From UHGV virus genome UHGV-0116456: DNA of 30,121 bases; one strand, given 5' to 3'. Below the pieces are notes generated by a model. It was not told the DNA's origin, ran no database searches, and saw only the letters and a list, made by a program, of their open reading frames with translations. Source of the stretch: a virus. A program made the translations under genes and the position numbers. Below, piece by piece: positions 5,682 to 15,943 of this stretch. Every line of letters begins with the position of its first letter. Position 1 is the stretch's first letter.

Positions 5682-7420
5682 GCCCCCTTGATTTCTTTCC
5701 CGTTCCTGTCATACACCGGCAGCCCAAACTCGATCTTGTCGTTCCGGATCATGATGGGAGTTCCGCCCGCAGGGGTATAAAACCCCATCCATCCGGCGTC
5801 CCATAACATAACGCTGTATCCGTTTGAAAATTGGATTTCCAGATTTCCATTCCCTTCTGGATTTATCCGGATCACCCGCTCCGTGCCATAAAAAATATGT
5901 ACTTCGTCCCTGAGATTGTCGTCGCTCTTCCCGACCGTAATTTTGATCTTTGTGGAGGAGTTTGTAGAGGATACAAGCTCATTACATGCCATAACTCCAC
6001 CGTCGAGGTCAAAATACACCTCCGGTTTCGTGGGGCTTTGTATACGTCCGGATATGATTTGATTGCCCGCAATGGTCAGGGCAGCGATAAACCTCCCAAC
6101 AATCTGTCCGTCCATAGTGATGGCTGTATCGTAAGGCCCACCATAACCATTCCCCGAATACCCCAACCCTCCCGAATTCCAACGCCAAACTTTTGTCGCC
6201 GTATTGATGTTCGGCGTGTTCATGATGAGGATTTCCTGCGGGTTTTCGGATGGGCTGAGCACCACATATCCGCCTGAAGCCCCTGTGATCGCGGCCGTTG
6301 CGGTCTGAATAGCCTGTTCCACAATGGACAAGGACGGAGCCGCCTTGATCTCGGTCTCCTGCGCGAGAATTGTATCCGTGATGTTGCTGATCGAATCTCC
6401 CAATTCTATTTTTTCATACCTCTCAGCGAGGCAATCATACACGGTTTTATTGACCTTTGCTTTGGCATCGACGCCCAGCCTGTCAAACCTCACCGTCACT
6501 GTATCGCATAATCCAACCCTTTCCAGCCCGGCAATATCTTCATACCCGGCCGTCTGCCATAGCTGTACAAAGTCCACGGTCAAACAGACCTTCGGAGTCC
6601 CAATCCCGCTCCGGCTAATGAACTCGTTGGCCTTTTCCCGTAGCTGCTCCGCAGTCGGCTTCCCGTCAAATTCCTGTGTCATATCCACGGCCTGAATCCG
6701 CGGATACGAATAGGCGGATTGTACTTGTACCACTTTTTCCGGTAGCTGCACCAAATCCCCCTCACCGCCCGTCCAATACGGGTAGATTCCCGTCACCACA
6801 TCCGCGATGCTTTCCTCCTGCGTCAAATCAATCAGGTTTTTCCCGTAGCATATAACGACGCCGTTATCCGCCCCACGCTGCCGGTGTAAAAGTACGTTGT
6901 AGTTATCCCACTCGTATTCCCCGCCGTATACGTCCAGGATGGACCCCTCCGATCCCAGCAGGCAGGATCGGCAAGACGACGGAACGGATATGGACATCGC
7001 AGCCGTGCTGGACATGGAAGTCGAAAATGAAAAGGGGTTGTTCCCGACACTGTTGCTTTTGACTTTTGCCAATGCGTCCGCCAACGAGTTCGACGAGAAC
7101 GGGGATACGGGTATATGGGATAGCTGATAGCTGATGTGTTCGGCGCTCACGGTCACAATACAGTTGATCGGCCTGGAAACCGAATAGACACGGAAAAGCT
7201 GGTCGCCTTTCGTTTCGTTCGGTTTTGCCTTGATAATTGCATCCACCGCGATGAAAGTATAAAACGCGCCATCCACCGGGTATGCCATCTCCAATTCAAA
7301 CGCGCCGTTCCGTTCTTCCGTCACCACACAGGACACGCAATCCGTCAATACGCCGATACCGTTATGGGCGAATGTCGTTTCTGTCGGGCTGTATAGGATA
7401 GGTTTCACAGTGTACACCAC
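5678..7420 (-). CDS. Tail spike / baseplate hub (Tal, prophage endopeptidase-like)
   Basis: CVVTEERNGAFELEMAYP, QLFRVY, AEHISYQLS, YGKNLIDL and VWRWNSGGLGYS motifs. Follows Dit. Confidence 0.88.
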   Translation of the reverse strand: MVYTVKPILYSPTETTFAHNGIGVLTDCVSCVVTEERNGAFELEMAYPVDGAFYTFIAVDAIIKAKPNETKGDQLFRVYSVSRPINCIVTVSAEHISYQLSHIPVSPFSSNSLADALAKVKSNSVGNNPFSFSTSMSSTAAMSISVPSSCRSCLLGSEGSILDVYGGEYEWDNYNVLLHRQRGADNGVVICYGKNLIDLTQEESIADVVTGIYPYWTGGEGDLVQLPEKVVQVQSAYSYPRIQAVDMTQEFDGKPTAEQLREKANEFISRSGIGTPKVCLTVDFVQLWQTAGYEDIAGLERVGLCDTVTVRFDRLGVDAKAKVNKTVYDCLAERYEKIELGDSISNITDTILAQETEIKAAPSLSIVEQAIQTATAAITGASGGYVVLSPSENPQEILIMNTPNINTATKVWRWNSGGLGYSGNGYGGPYDTAITMDGQIVGRFIAALTIAGNQIISGRIQSPTKPEVYFDLDGGVMACNELVSSTNSSTKIKITVGKSDDNLRDEVHIFYGTERVIRINPEGNGNLEIQFSNGYSVMLWDAGWMGFYTPAGGTPIMIRNDKIEFGLPVYDRNGKEIKGA

Positions 7421-8106
7421 CTTGGCGTGATATCCAGGCGGGCTGTTCCCCCGCCTAAATCGATGGACGATTTACCGGCCGGTATGGATAACGGGCCGGA
7501 TACTTCCGTCTCCTTGTTTTTCGAAACAGGCCCTTTATATGCGTTCATGGTCTCGCAATCAAAATCCACATACTCGGATACACCCGAAAACACAAAAGAT
7601 GTCCCTCCGATTGCCAATGTACAGTTTCCAGATCCGTAAACCCTGAAAACCGGGAGGCTTGGAAACGCCTCCGGGTTCGTTATGGTCCCGGATGCGGTGA
7701 AACTGACGGTCCGCTCTCCATCAAAAGCGTACCGCATCGGTAAACAGTCAAAAACCAAATCGGTTTCCCCGAACCTGTTGAGTTCCGAGTAAAAGCTGAC
7801 CGGGCCCGTAAAAGCCGCCAGCCGGAAATACCGGTCATCATATGTGTCGTATAGCTTCCGATACCCGGTTTTGGACAATAGCCATGATTTTATATCGATG
7901 GTTCGATCCCGCAGCCGGTTCCGAAGAAACGCGGAATAGGTAACGGACGTGTTTTTGAACCTCCCTTTGTCAATGAGCAGCGTCCCATCCCGTCCCGGCA
8001 CCTCGATCGCTTCGACATCCCGTTCCGGCGCGTCATACTGCCCTTTCCCGGTTATGTAAAGGCCGAATGTCCGGCTCCACTCCCCGTCATAGCAAAAGCT
8101 GTTCAT
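7405..8106 (-). CDS. Distal tail protein (Dit)
   Basis: APERDVEAIEVPGRDGTL and terminal ITPRWCTL motifs. Lies between tape measure and Tal. Confidence 0.85.
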   Translation of the reverse strand: MNSFCYDGEWSRTFGLYITGKGQYDAPERDVEAIEVPGRDGTLLIDKGRFKNTSVTYSAFLRNRLRDRTIDIKSWLLSKTGYRKLYDTYDDRYFRLAAFTGPVSFYSELNRFGETDLVFDCLPMRYAFDGERTVSFTASGTITNPEAFPSLPVFRVYGSGNCTLAIGGTSFVFSGVSEYVDFDCETMNAYKGPVSKNKETEVSGPLSIPAGKSSIDLGGGTARLDITPRWCTL

Positions 8107-10670
8107 CCCACGGCCACCCGCTTCCTCGACATGGACTTCTCCATCTGGACCATAATAGTATCGGTCAAGGTTTTGATGTCCTTGCCGGTGTCATAATTGT
8201 TAAAATTGGCGATATGCACATCCACACCGCCTCCGAACATCGATGACGGGGCGGGGGCTTGCACATTTCCTCCCGTCAATACAGAGGATTGCATCGGGGC
8301 CGGGACCGCCGCCTGGATACTCCCGGCCACTTTCGACATCTGATCATCAAACCCGACGCCAATCCCGGACGCCATAAACTTACCGATCCCGGCAAATACC
8401 TTTGATGGCGAGTGGATTCCGAGCGAATCTTTGATGCCGTTTACGATCCCTCCAAAAAAACCTCCGACTTTTTCCTTCAGCCAGGAAAACATGCCGGTGA
8501 TGCCGTTCCAAATCCCGCGCACAATGTCTTTCCCGATTTCCAGCATCTTGCCCGGAAGGGACTTGACCGTCTCCACCACTTTGCTCACCATGGACGAGAC
8601 GGCCTCTTTGGCTTTGGCTATCATGTCGGCCCCCCATTGCTTGACTTTGTTTATAGTCTCGTTCAGCCACGTCCAGATTTTTCCGGGAAGCTCCGAAAAC
8701 CATGTTCCGATGTCGGAAATAGTCTTAGTGACCCATTCTTTCGCGGAGTTGTATGTATCGACCCCCCATTGCTTCACCTTTTCAATCGCCTGAGTTAAAA
8801 AGGTCCAAATCCGGCCAGGCAACGCCATGAAAAACCCTATCACACGTCCGATGGCATACCCAGCCTTTTCGGGAAGCGATTGGAAGAACTGTACGATCCT
8901 GTTCCATATGTTCATAAAGAATTCGCCGACGCTCTTCCACAGGTTATTCCACCATTCTGGGATCCCCTTAAAAAATTCCACGACGGAATTCCAGGCGTTC
9001 GGGATGGTTTCCGTAAAAAAGGTGACGATCCCGTTCCAGCAATCGACAAAGAATCCGGACACGTTGTCCCATAGATCGATCCAGAACTTTCGGAATCCTT
9101 CACAGTTTTTCCATAGGTAAATAAACCCGACCACAAGGGCGGCTATGGCGGCTACGATAGCGGCGATCAGCAGGACTACGGGATGTGCCAGCAGGACGGT
9201 CAAGGCCCCGGTTATTCCCGATATAATCCCGGCTATCGGGCTAATGGCCGCAACTAACGCAATGATCGTCAATATAGTATTTTGTGTGCCGCTGTCCAGG
9301 CTGTTGAACCAGTCGCAAAGGTCTTGGAGCTTACCGGCAAGCGTCAGTATGATAGGCCCCAGCGTCTTTGCAATGGTCTCCCCCAAATCGTGAAGGGAGA
9401 CCTGGGCCGTCTGCATGGCGAGCTGTGTATCGTCCACCTCATCCACAATCTGCCCGTATGTGGACGATACCGCTCCGCCTGCATTGTTCAGGGCTTGGAT
9501 ATACTGGTCAACCTCAAACCGGCCCCCGCGAATGGCGTCCGCCAAATCCGGGCCCGCTTTCGCTCCGAACACGTCAATCGCCATGGACGTGGCCGACGCG
9601 ATAGACGGGGCCGATTTGATGGCCGCAAGGGTCTTTTGAAACTCAACGGTACTGTCCTTTCCGGACGCCCCCCACGTGGATATCGCCTTTTTCATGCCGG
9701 AAAACGCGATTTCCGTGTTCACACCGGCCTTTTCCCACCCGGCAAACATGGCGATCGCGTTTTTCGTGTCGATTCCCAACGCCCGCATCGGTGCCCCGTA
9801 TTTCGCAAGGTTCCCGGCCAGCGTGTCAATCGATATGCCGCTTTTCTGGCCCGCTACGGTCAGCGCGTCCAGGATTTCGCCGTATCGGTCCGCAGATATC
9901 CCGGCGTCTCCCATGGCCCTGGTAACGAGCTGGACGGCGGTATTCACGTCCGCCCCGTTTACCTTGGCAAACTTCAGAAACTGTACAGAGGCAGCCCTGA
10001 GCTGCTCACCTGTAAAGTCCAGACGGGTATTGATTTCCCCGACGGCCGCACCGATATCCGCAAAATCGGAAGGCACTTCCTTTGCCACCGCGTCATATAC
10101 GTCTTTGAGGTCTTTGGCCGCCTCTCCTGTAGCCCCGGTTTTCTGCATCACCACATCCAGTCCGGAATCCACGTTGTCCATGGCCTTGACGGCCGCAAAC
10201 CCGATCCCCGCTATACCGGCCGTTACCGGTGCCATGGTGGACGCAACCTTCCCGGATTTTTGTGATATGGTGCTTGTAACCCCACTGATTTTTGCCATGG
10301 TCGCGTTGCTCGATGAGGCTTGTTTTTCCAGGCCCTTCAGGCTGTTTTCCGTTGACGCAATTTCCCGCTGCAAGGCCCGGTATTGCTCCTGGTTGATCTC
10401 CGTGCCGCTCTTCATTTCGTCGTCGGCTTTTTTCTTAGCCGCTTTAAGGGCGTCCAGTTTGTCGGCGGTTTCCCCGACGGCTTTTGACAGCAATTCCTGT
10501 TTTTGCTTCAGGAGTTCCGTGTTGCCAGGATCCAGCTTCAGCAGCCTTTCCACCTTTTGGAGCTCGGTCTGCGTGTTCCTGATTTCCTTGTTTGTGCCCT
10601 GGATCGCTTTATTCAGCCCTTTTACATCCCCGCCGATTTCGACGGTAATGCCTTTTAGTTTTGTCGCCAT
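8103..10670 (-). CDS. Tail tape measure protein
   Basis: MATKLKGITVEIGGD start, Ala/Gly-rich helices, TM segment, Trp/Phe-periodic repeats and LGIHSPSKVF motif. Confidence 0.95.
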   Translation of the reverse strand: MATKLKGITVEIGGDVKGLNKAIQGTNKEIRNTQTELQKVERLLKLDPGNTELLKQKQELLSKAVGETADKLDALKAAKKKADDEMKSGTEINQEQYRALQREIASTENSLKGLEKQASSSNATMAKISGVTSTISQKSGKVASTMAPVTAGIAGIGFAAVKAMDNVDSGLDVVMQKTGATGEAAKDLKDVYDAVAKEVPSDFADIGAAVGEINTRLDFTGEQLRAASVQFLKFAKVNGADVNTAVQLVTRAMGDAGISADRYGEILDALTVAGQKSGISIDTLAGNLAKYGAPMRALGIDTKNAIAMFAGWEKAGVNTEIAFSGMKKAISTWGASGKDSTVEFQKTLAAIKSAPSIASATSMAIDVFGAKAGPDLADAIRGGRFEVDQYIQALNNAGGAVSSTYGQIVDEVDDTQLAMQTAQVSLHDLGETIAKTLGPIILTLAGKLQDLCDWFNSLDSGTQNTILTIIALVAAISPIAGIISGITGALTVLLAHPVVLLIAAIVAAIAALVVGFIYLWKNCEGFRKFWIDLWDNVSGFFVDCWNGIVTFFTETIPNAWNSVVEFFKGIPEWWNNLWKSVGEFFMNIWNRIVQFFQSLPEKAGYAIGRVIGFFMALPGRIWTFLTQAIEKVKQWGVDTYNSAKEWVTKTISDIGTWFSELPGKIWTWLNETINKVKQWGADMIAKAKEAVSSMVSKVVETVKSLPGKMLEIGKDIVRGIWNGITGMFSWLKEKVGGFFGGIVNGIKDSLGIHSPSKVFAGIGKFMASGIGVGFDDQMSKVAGSIQAAVPAPMQSSVLTGGNVQAPAPSSMFGGGVDVHIANFNNYDTGKDIKTLTDTIMVQMEKSMSRKRVAVG

Positions 10671-10682
10671 GGTATCACCGCC

Positions 10683-10847
10683 TCAAAATCGGTCATAATC
10701 CTCTTGCGTTGCAATTTGTTCCCATTTGCAGTCATCATTGCTCTGTTCTGTGTACATGTCATTGACCATGCCGATAGTGAGCAGGTCGAGATCCCGTATA
10801 GAGATCCCGACCTGCAAACATCTAAGCAAAAACAACGCGGTCGTCAT
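10683..10847 (-). CDS. Tail assembly chaperone C-terminal part (gpT-like), probably expressed by -1 frameshift
   Basis: 54-aa frame MTTALFLLRCLQVGISIRDLDLLTIGMVNDMYTEQSNDDCKWEQIATQEDYDRF, translated by hand. It is in the -1 frame and stays open back to the A9 tract of the upstream chaperone. Confidence 0.8.
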   Translation of the reverse strand: MTTALFLLRCLQVGISIRDLDLLTIGMVNDMYTEQSNDDCKWEQIATQEDYDRF

Positions 10848-11215
10848 CGGCCGGCAACTTGCTCTAATTTTTTTTTACTCTCTACCGTGGTTTGCTCATT
10901 GAGCCCCCATAGTCCCAGGATTTCCGGAAGCACTTGGTAGATGTCAAACATTTCAAACCCGTCCAGCCAGTCCTCGATCGTGGACGGAACGGAAGCATCC
11001 GCATGTTTTGCCATGATATAGGCGCAGCTTTCGAATGTTTCCAGGTCCATCCGTGAGAACTGCATGGTCCCGTCCTTGGCTTTTTTTAGGGATTTGGACA
11101 AGTCCAGCATATCCTGCATGATATCCCGCCCAAACCGTATCCGGTATAGACGCGGGACGGCCGCCGTAGCTCGGAATCTAACCTCTTTTCCTCCGACCAG
11201 GATTGTTTTCTCCAT
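10844..11215 (-). CDS. Tail assembly chaperone (gpG-like)
   Basis: Between major tail and tape measure genes. FRATAAVPRLYRIRFGRDI motif, ending in the slippery ESKKK sequence. Confidence 0.85.
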   Translation of the reverse strand: MEKTILVGGKEVRFRATAAVPRLYRIRFGRDIMQDMLDLSKSLKKAKDGTMQFSRMDLETFESCAYIMAKHADASVPSTIEDWLDGFEMFDIYQVLPEILGLWGLNEQTTVESKKKLEQVAGR

Positions 11216-11218
11216 GGA

Positions 11219-11797
11219 TTATACCCCCGATTGTCCGGGCATCCATACAGCGGTATACCACCCGTTGTATACCGATTCCGTGGTATCGGCTGCCGTCTTT
11301 GCCTTGACCATCCCGTCCTCCAAAGGCGCGGCGGTGATCGTCAGGGTCTCGGTCGCCGGTTCCTTGCTTTCCGTGGTAGTGGATCCTTCCATGGACGGCC
11401 GGGTAGCCGTACAGTTATACAGCACATGCCGGATACTCTTTTTGTCCCCGTCAAACTCAAACAGGAGCGCGAACTGCGCCGGTTCCACTTTCGAATTTTC
11501 AATCACCACTTTGGACGTTCCATCCACAGTCTCTCCCAAAATCTCCGTCCGGAAGCTGTCCGGGATCAGGGCCATTTCCAGATCGCCGGAATATCCGTTA
11601 TTCGCCACGCTGGTATAGTACTGGATCCCATCCGCATAGAACGGGGTCGTGTCTCCCTCGGGGGACATGGAAATGCTGACTGCTCCGGGGATATGTTCCG
11701 GGGTCGCATAGGTTGGGGTACCGCTTTCCCCAACGGTCAATTTGGAAAAATACACGTTTTTCAGGTTAAACCTGACTTTGTTGTCTGCCGTAGGCAT
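11219..11797 (-). CDS. Major tail protein (phi13 family)
   Basis: NKVRFNLKNVY, IPGAVSIS, FYADG, NNGYSGDLEMA, FALLFEFDGD..RHVLYNC motifs. Confidence 0.93.
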   Translation of the reverse strand: MPTADNKVRFNLKNVYFSKLTVGESGTPTYATPEHIPGAVSISMSPEGDTTPFYADGIQYYTSVANNGYSGDLEMALIPDSFRTEILGETVDGTSKVVIENSKVEPAQFALLFEFDGDKKSIRHVLYNCTATRPSMEGSTTTESKEPATETLTITAAPLEDGMVKAKTAADTTESVYNGWYTAVWMPGQSGV

Positions 11798-11799
11798 GA

Positions 11800-12123
11800 T
11801 TACACCTCAATTTCATAAAGTATTTGATACAGCTTTTCGTTTTGGATATACGCCTCGGACTTCTCGAATGCGATTCCGGACTCGGCCAGCGTGTCCTCGA
11901 CCTGTTTTTCGGCGGCAGGGTCCTTTCGTTTTGTGTAAAGCTCGACCTGATACCTGGCGGTCCGGAAATACATCATCCCGTCCGCATAAAAGGCATTCTC
12001 GCTCGTCATAGTAAATACGCCGTATGGGGCTGATGGGATCGGCCCATGCTTATCGTCGTATTCATGGTAAACGAATGGGATTCCGGATTCGCTCAAAACT
12101 GAGAATAGTTCCGCGTTTGTCAT
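11800..12123 (-). CDS. Tail terminator / completion protein
   Basis: FYADG..YQVELYTKRKDP..EKLYQILYE motifs and position before the major tail gene. Confidence 0.75.
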   Translation of the reverse strand: MTNAELFSVLSESGIPFVYHEYDDKHGPIPSAPYGVFTMTSENAFYADGMMYFRTARYQVELYTKRKDPAAEKQVEDTLAESGIAFEKSEAYIQNEKLYQILYEIEV

Positions 12124-12497
12124 CCCTTCACCACCACCTTGACCTCTTTTCCCAGATACTCCTCAGCCTTTTCACAGGCCGGTCGTATATGTGGGACCGC
12201 CTCGACACGCCCGCCGCCTGCCTTTGCGTGTCCGTGCTCCAATAGATGCGCAATTTGATAATCTGTTTTGTTATAAACAATCATCCGGATCGCGTCTTTT
12301 GCTTCGTATCCCACTTTTTTTGCCCATCCTTTGGCGTAGTTCCCCGTCAGGCGCGGAGAGTTTTTTCGGATATTTTCTCGGCACTCTTCTGAAACGGTTT
12401 TGATGGATTTTTTTATGCCGTCCGTAACATCCTGGCTGTACCCGGAAAGCTCTTTTGCTATGGCGTCGCCGAGCTGGTTTGCTTTGCATTTACCCAT
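12120..12497 (-). CDS. HK97 gp10-like neck protein
   Basis: SPRLTGNYAKGW, HLLEHGHAKAGGGRV..PHIRPA motifs. Confidence 0.88.
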   Translation of the reverse strand: MGKCKANQLGDAIAKELSGYSQDVTDGIKKSIKTVSEECRENIRKNSPRLTGNYAKGWAKKVGYEAKDAIRMIVYNKTDYQIAHLLEHGHAKAGGGRVEAVPHIRPACEKAEEYLGKEVKVVVKG

Positions 12498-12805
12498 CAG
12501 GACCCCGCCTTTTCTGACATATACAGTTCCATCCGTTCATCCGCGTCCCGAAAATGCGTCCGGTAAATGTCCAGCACCCGGCCGCATACCTCCGCTTCCC
12601 GCTCATCTGCGTAATCCCCGAAAAACACGGTGATCTTTTTTTCAGGCTTTAAACCGGTTGCGGCGGCGGAAAAATACTCCTTTTGACCTATGCTTTCCTC
12701 CTTACCGTACACCGTACGCTTCGTGAGCGTCGATTCTTGGTTGCCGTCCTCATCCGTAGCCATGCCGATTCTTGATATAAGATCGAAAACAACATCACGG
12801 TTCAC
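12497..12805 (-). CDS. Head closure / head-tail adaptor
   Basis: RTVYGKEESIGQKEYFSAAATGLKPE motif and synteny. Confidence 0.8.
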   Translation of the reverse strand: MNRDVVFDLISRIGMATDEDGNQESTLTKRTVYGKEESIGQKEYFSAAATGLKPEKKITVFFGDYADEREAEVCGRVLDIYRTHFRDADERMELYMSEKAGS

Positions 12806-13058
12806 GGTAATCCCCCGCCATCCACAAGGAGCTTTTTAGCATGTCGTAACTCCGCTGGTATTTTTCGCTGTTTTGATCCACACCGAAATTCGACTTACAG
12901 TAAAGGATGACCGCCCGCTTTATCAGCGGGTCGGTCTCCTCTACCTTCAGGACGCCGCATAGCCGGAGGTCCGCCTTTGCCGCGTCGATCATGTCGTTCA
13001 GCTCGGCGTCAAACGCCGATGTCGATATCCGAAGCGCCAGTTTGACGGATTCCAGCAT
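12795..13058 (-). CDS. Head-tail connector (gp6-like)
   Basis: MLESVKLALRI..AAKADL..DPLIKRAVILYCK motif, directly after the capsid gene. Confidence 0.85.
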   Translation of the reverse strand: MLESVKLALRISTSAFDAELNDMIDAAKADLRLCGVLKVEETDPLIKRAVILYCKSNFGVDQNSEKYQRSYDMLKSSLWMAGDYREP

Positions 13059-13080
13059 TTCGCTTCCTCCTTATATAGCC

Positions 13081-14214
13081 TTACGCCGTGGCGCGGGTGT
13101 ATTTGCATAGGGCGGTCTTGTCTGCCAGTTTCCCGTCAGCAAGTGCCATGGCCCGGTACACCACCGAGCCGGACCGGAATCCGACGGAAGCGTCCGATTC
13201 CACGGTCGGATCAGCCGCAAAATTGAATTTATAGGCTTTGAAATCTCCGAATACGATGGTATCTTCGGCCATGTTGTCGTCCACGATCACCGGGAATCCC
13301 AAAACGTTGAACTTAGCCGGGCTCTGCGCGTCGGCAACCACCACGCGGTTGCCCGCGGTATCCTCCATGCCGAGGATTTCCCCGTAGAACAGCGCGCGGG
13401 TGGTCAGCATCGACGACCCGTTGAGGTATTGGGACGGAACGGCGGCGATGATGCCGCACAGGTCCTTGTACTTCATGGCCGCCTTCGTAAAGGTTCCGGT
13501 GTTGGTAATCTCCCCGGATTTCAAAAGCCCGGTCGGCTGGTTGGTACCGGTCCCGTTGATGATAGCGTTATCAACCGCTTTTTCCAGCTTGTTCGCCAGC
13601 CTGTCGACCAGCCACGCCTCAAAGGCCGGGACAGACATAGCGGACACGTCGGCGGTAATTTCCACTGTTTTAATGAGCTTGTACGCGCCCAGGGATACGG
13701 CCGTCAGGGCATCCGCGCTATCGGTCGAAGCGGTACCCATCGCCACCCACGACGCATCCGCAGCGGAGGATTCCACCGGGTAGCTGACATTTCCGGGAAT
13801 ATGGGTCACATCCACGGCCGCGATTAGCGGGTTCAGCTCGAGCCGGGATACGATCATGTTCATGGTTTCTGTCGGGATCGCGGCGTTTGCCGTGACGGCC
13901 GCCCGCTCTTCGGCATTCAGCTCTTTTCCCTGGAGTTTCCGCAGAAATGCCGAACGGTACTCTTCGGTATCGACAGCAAAGGTCCTCTCTTCCATTTTCT
14001 TGTCCTCCTGAAACGTTTTGATAACATTTCCGGCTTTCCCGGATGCAATGTCGGTTTTCAGCCTATTCCGCTTTTCAGCGGCGTTGACTATGGATTCACG
14101 CTCTTCCTTTAATCTGCGCACCTCTTCGGTCAGGGCGTCGATGTCCGCGTTTTCCTGTTCGCACTCCTCGGTGATCGCGGCCATACGGGCCTCGATTTCT
14201 TCCAGTCTGGTCAT
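13081..14214 (-). CDS. Major capsid protein, HK97 fold with N-terminal scaffold (delta) domain
   Basis: Coiled-coil N-terminus, AIINGTGTNQPTGLL and IVFGDFKAY motifs. Confidence 0.95.
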   Translation of the reverse strand: MTRLEEIEARMAAITEECEQENADIDALTEEVRRLKEERESIVNAAEKRNRLKTDIASGKAGNVIKTFQEDKKMEERTFAVDTEEYRSAFLRKLQGKELNAEERAAVTANAAIPTETMNMIVSRLELNPLIAAVDVTHIPGNVSYPVESSAADASWVAMGTASTDSADALTAVSLGAYKLIKTVEITADVSAMSVPAFEAWLVDRLANKLEKAVDNAIINGTGTNQPTGLLKSGEITNTGTFTKAAMKYKDLCGIIAAVPSQYLNGSSMLTTRALFYGEILGMEDTAGNRVVVADAQSPAKFNVLGFPVIVDDNMAEDTIVFGDFKAYKFNFAADPTVESDASVGFRSGSVVYRAMALADGKLADKTALCKYTRATA

Positions 14215-14786
14215 CTTGATACCTCCAACAACAATTTTAGTTTTTTCTTTTTGGTCTTGCGGACCTCCGCCCGTTCCTTCTCGGCCTCCGCCGAAAAGAA
14301 AGACCGTGCCGAAATACTGGTCGCATCATAGGCCGGGATATCTACGGCGGCCACATCGTAGACCCGTTTGAACCCCAGTATCCTCCTTGTATGGGTGTCG
14401 CGGTTGTATGCCTCCTCCGAAACTACAAACGCGAAACTCATCTTGTCAATGTACCCGCCTTTTATCTCTTCATACAGGCGGCGCCCCTCCTCTGTTCCGG
14501 ACAGGTCTGCCCGTATTTTCAGACCCGTCCCATCCGTCATCAGGCTTAACGTCCCGTTTTTTGTTCGGGCTACCGGCTTGCCCTGGTGGTTGTAGTTCAT
14601 CACTACATCCCGCATTTCCGCGCCGGAAAACGCTTTTGGGTCGATTTCCTCCTTGAAATCCACCCCGTCACAGCTATACAGGACAGCGGGTGTGTTGAAT
14701 ACGGCCGCATACCCTTCAACGACGCTCCCATCCTCTGAAGCCCGCATTTCAAACGCCCGGTATTCCCGGTCATTGCTGATCGACAC
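14211..14786 (-). CDS. HK97 family prohead protease
   Basis: VEGYAAVFN, NYNHQG..ARTKNGTL, KMSFAF, DVAAVDIPAY motifs. Confidence 0.93.
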   Translation of the reverse strand: MSISNDREYRAFEMRASEDGSVVEGYAAVFNTPAVLYSCDGVDFKEEIDPKAFSGAEMRDVVMNYNHQGKPVARTKNGTLSLMTDGTGLKIRADLSGTEEGRRLYEEIKGGYIDKMSFAFVVSEEAYNRDTHTRRILGFKRVYDVAAVDIPAYDATSISARSFFSAEAEKERAEVRKTKKKKLKLLLEVSR

Positions 14787-14787
14787 G

Positions 14788-15939
14788 TCAAGTCCCCTCC
14801 TTTGTTTTATCTTTCGCGGAATAGTATTCTCCGCGGATCAGGTATTCGTCCCCGCCCTCAATGGGCGGCATATTCCAAATTTCCCGTATCTCATTTCGGC
14901 TCATCAGACCTCGGTCCAGCATTTGTGAGGAAACGTCCAATTTGTCACGGTTGGTCATATATTGGAGCCGGTTCGCCGTGAAATACACCTGATTTCCACC
15001 ACTGATTTCCCGCTGTGTAAAGGTCATGTTGGTCATGACAAGGGACATCTGCAACGCGAACGGCTCGATTTTTCCCTCGTAATATGCCGACCATGCGTCA
15101 CCAATGGCCTTGTTTTGCAGAATATCCTCGTTGCATCCGAAATAATCGAACACATTTTCTTTGATCGCCGCCATCTGCGCGGCGTTGATGATGAACGGCT
15201 CGCTTTTAATCTGTTGCGGGTTATCGTAGGTGTTCGGGAACAAAAGAATTCCGCCGCTGTTATCCGCCCCGAAGTTTTCCTCCGTAAACCGTTTCTGTTC
15301 ACCTTTCAGGTCGCTAGTCTTGGAAAAGTTGTTGGATTTTGCCATGAACCGGAACGTCGCGGAATTTTTGATCCCCTCCCGGATGCCCTCGTTTTGTGTA
15401 TGGATGAGCTGCATGGTCGGTAGCAGGGCGGCGTTTGATTCCCCGAAAAAGTCGTCCTTGTACTGGAAATTGGTCAGGATCCCGACCTTGGACAGCTCGA
15501 TCGCGGCGGTCTGCCCGTTTGTGAAGTGATAGCGCAGCCACGCTTCTCCTCCGTAATCCAGCATCTCGCACCGCGACGGGAGAATCGGATAGTACCCGGT
15601 AAGCTGGCCTAAGTCGTTTTCCACCGGAACAATAAAGGCGGTATTGTTGACGGATAGGATTGTAGCTGTCCTATAAAGAAACTGGCTGGTATTCATATAC
15701 GGGTTTGGCCGGAATTTCAAAATCCTGTCCAGGTTCCGCAATGCCGTTCCCCTGACTTCCGGCTGCAGCTTACTGGCATGAGACGCAAAGGCGTGTATGG
15801 CTGCCCGGCATAATTCCGATTCGTAGATTCCACCCTCCCATGTGGTAAATACAGGGGTATACGCCGTCATTGTTTTGAAAAACCCCATGAGCTGCTTGCC
15901 CGCTTTCGGACGTTTAAATATCGTTTCGAAGATCCCCAT
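14788..15939 (-). CDS. Portal protein (HK97 family)
   Basis: RPNPYMNTSQF and GLMSRNEIREIWNMPPIEGGD motifs. Between terminase and protease. Confidence 0.93.
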   Translation of the reverse strand: MGIFETIFKRPKAGKQLMGFFKTMTAYTPVFTTWEGGIYESELCRAAIHAFASHASKLQPEVRGTALRNLDRILKFRPNPYMNTSQFLYRTATILSVNNTAFIVPVENDLGQLTGYYPILPSRCEMLDYGGEAWLRYHFTNGQTAAIELSKVGILTNFQYKDDFFGESNAALLPTMQLIHTQNEGIREGIKNSATFRFMAKSNNFSKTSDLKGEQKRFTEENFGADNSGGILLFPNTYDNPQQIKSEPFIINAAQMAAIKENVFDYFGCNEDILQNKAIGDAWSAYYEGKIEPFALQMSLVMTNMTFTQREISGGNQVYFTANRLQYMTNRDKLDVSSQMLDRGLMSRNEIREIWNMPPIEGGDEYLIRGEYYSAKDKTKEGT

Positions 15940-15943
15940 AGGA

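Noticed and set aside
8400..9120. Trp/Phe-periodic repeats in the tape measure protein
   Set aside because: An ordinary feature of tape measure proteins.
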